A DNA stretch of 64,000 nt from PVC group bacterium (lineage in GTDB: Bacteria; Auribacterota; Erginobacteria; Erginobacterales; Erginobacteraceae): NCBI GenBank assembly GCA_040773245.1, contig JAXGWO010000011.1, positions 9,227-73,226 on the forward strand. The letters run 5' to 3'. A program made the position numbers and the translations under genes. Shown here piece by piece: positions 63,635 to 64,000 of the stretch. Positions within the stretch are counted from its first letter, which is position 1. Each line of letters opens with the position of its first letter. The notes under the pieces are model-generated. The model ran no database searches. It had not been told where the DNA came from and saw only the letters and a program-made list of their open reading frames with translations.

Positions 63635-64000
63635 ATGAGCGGCGAGAACCTTTACAGCGAAAAGGTGATGGACCATTTCCACCACCCCCGCAACGTCGGC
63701 AGGATCGAGAACCCCGACGGGGTGGGCACGGTCGGCAACCCGGTCTGCGGCGACGTGATGAAGCTCTACATCAAGGTGGCCGACGGCCGGATCGCCGACG
63801 CCCGCTTCCAGACCTTCGGCTGCGGGGCGGCGATCGCCACCAGCTCGATGGTCACCGAACTGGCGAAGGGCAAGACCCTGGACGAGGCGATCGCCATCTC
63901 CAATAAGGAAGTGGCGGCCGCCCTCGATGGCCTTCCCCCGGCCAAGATGCACTGCTCGATGCTGGGCGAGGAAGCCCTCAAGGCGGCGATCGAGGATTAC
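63635..64000 (+). CDS. nifU: FeS-cluster scaffold NifU/IscU N-terminal domain, 3' partial (runs off window)
   Basis: AAGGAG SD. 'HFHHPRNVG...GNPVCGDVMKL...FQTFGCGAAIATSS...HCSML' contains the three scaffold Cys. No stop before the window end, so it is absent from the ORF track. Confidence 0.85.
   Translation, partial: MSGENLYSEKVMDHFHHPRNVGRIENPDGVGTVGNPVCGDVMKLYIKVADGRIADARFQTFGCGAAIATSSMVTELAKGKTLDEAIAISNKEVAAALDGLPPAKMHCSMLGEEALKAAIEDY

Noticed and set aside
1-64000. CRISPR arrays, rRNA genes, insertion sequences/transposases, integrases, prophage genes
   Set aside because: No regularly spaced direct repeats of CRISPR type and no rRNA-like conserved segments. No transposase, integrase or recombinase motifs in any frame. 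The repeats found are short intergenic elements or the kinase-fragment duplication.

Overview
This window is high-GC bacterial chromosome with dense, largely operonic coding. The species is not identifiable from sequence alone. The gene content points to an anaerobic, Gram-negative-type organism: [FeFe]-hydrogenase, Rex, tungstate uptake, OprD-like porin, lipid-A-type aminoarabinose genes and sigma-54 regulation. Because of the GC content, almost every real gene is shadowed by long spurious antisense or off-frame ORFs in the six-frame track, so I called genes only where the translation carries recognisable family motifs.

Gene content by region:
- 0.4-4.2 kb: a CheY-like response regulator, a NarL-type response regulator and its HisKA_3 sensor kinase.
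- 4.5-11.5 kb: a secreted C25 (gingipain-like) peptidase with a C-terminal LamG domain behind a near-consensus promoter, an OprD-family porin and a C69 dipeptidase.
- 11.6-18.6 kb: two DUF47-PiT phosphate-transporter pairs behind a sigma-54 promoter, next to an NtrC-family activator and its sensor kinase. The segment is flanked by a ~175-bp duplicated fragment of that kinase's 5' end.
- 19.1 kb: tRNA-Ser(GCU).
- 19.3-20.8 kb: an ArnT/PMT-like GT-C glycosyltransferase containing a C8G8 homopolymeric palindrome.
- 22-29 kb: an OTC-like carbamoyltransferase and an SDR reductase, then a TetR-gated four-gene putative small-molecule biosynthetic operon (pyruvoyl-decarboxylase-like, FemAB/CelD-like GNAT, ATP-grasp ligase, fold-III PLP decarboxylase).
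- 31-34.6 kb: an outer-membrane beta-barrel protein followed by tupABC (tungstate ABC transporter).
- 39-48 kb: an arnT/arnB/arnC/arnA/arnD-like aminoarabinose modification cluster with an extra GT2 and a DUF2304-like small membrane protein.
- 48-59.8 kb: a complete [FeFe]-hydrogenase locus on the minus strand. It runs rex, hydC(nuoE-like), hydB(nuoF-like), hydA, then a sensory hydrogenase-like domain fused to a histidine kinase, a receiver protein, a hybrid REC-kinase, the maturases hydG and hydF, and another receiver protein.
- 59.9-64 kb: a MerR-family regulator, a COG1900 homocysteine-biosynthesis-type sulfurtransferase, a NIL-domain ferredoxin, NifS and a partial NifU. The ferredoxin gene is bracketed by unusual purine-rich repeat mosaics.

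No CRISPR array, rRNA, transposase or integrase was seen. Coordinates of motifs that I located by hand may be off by 1-3 nt. Gene boundaries follow the ORF track frames.
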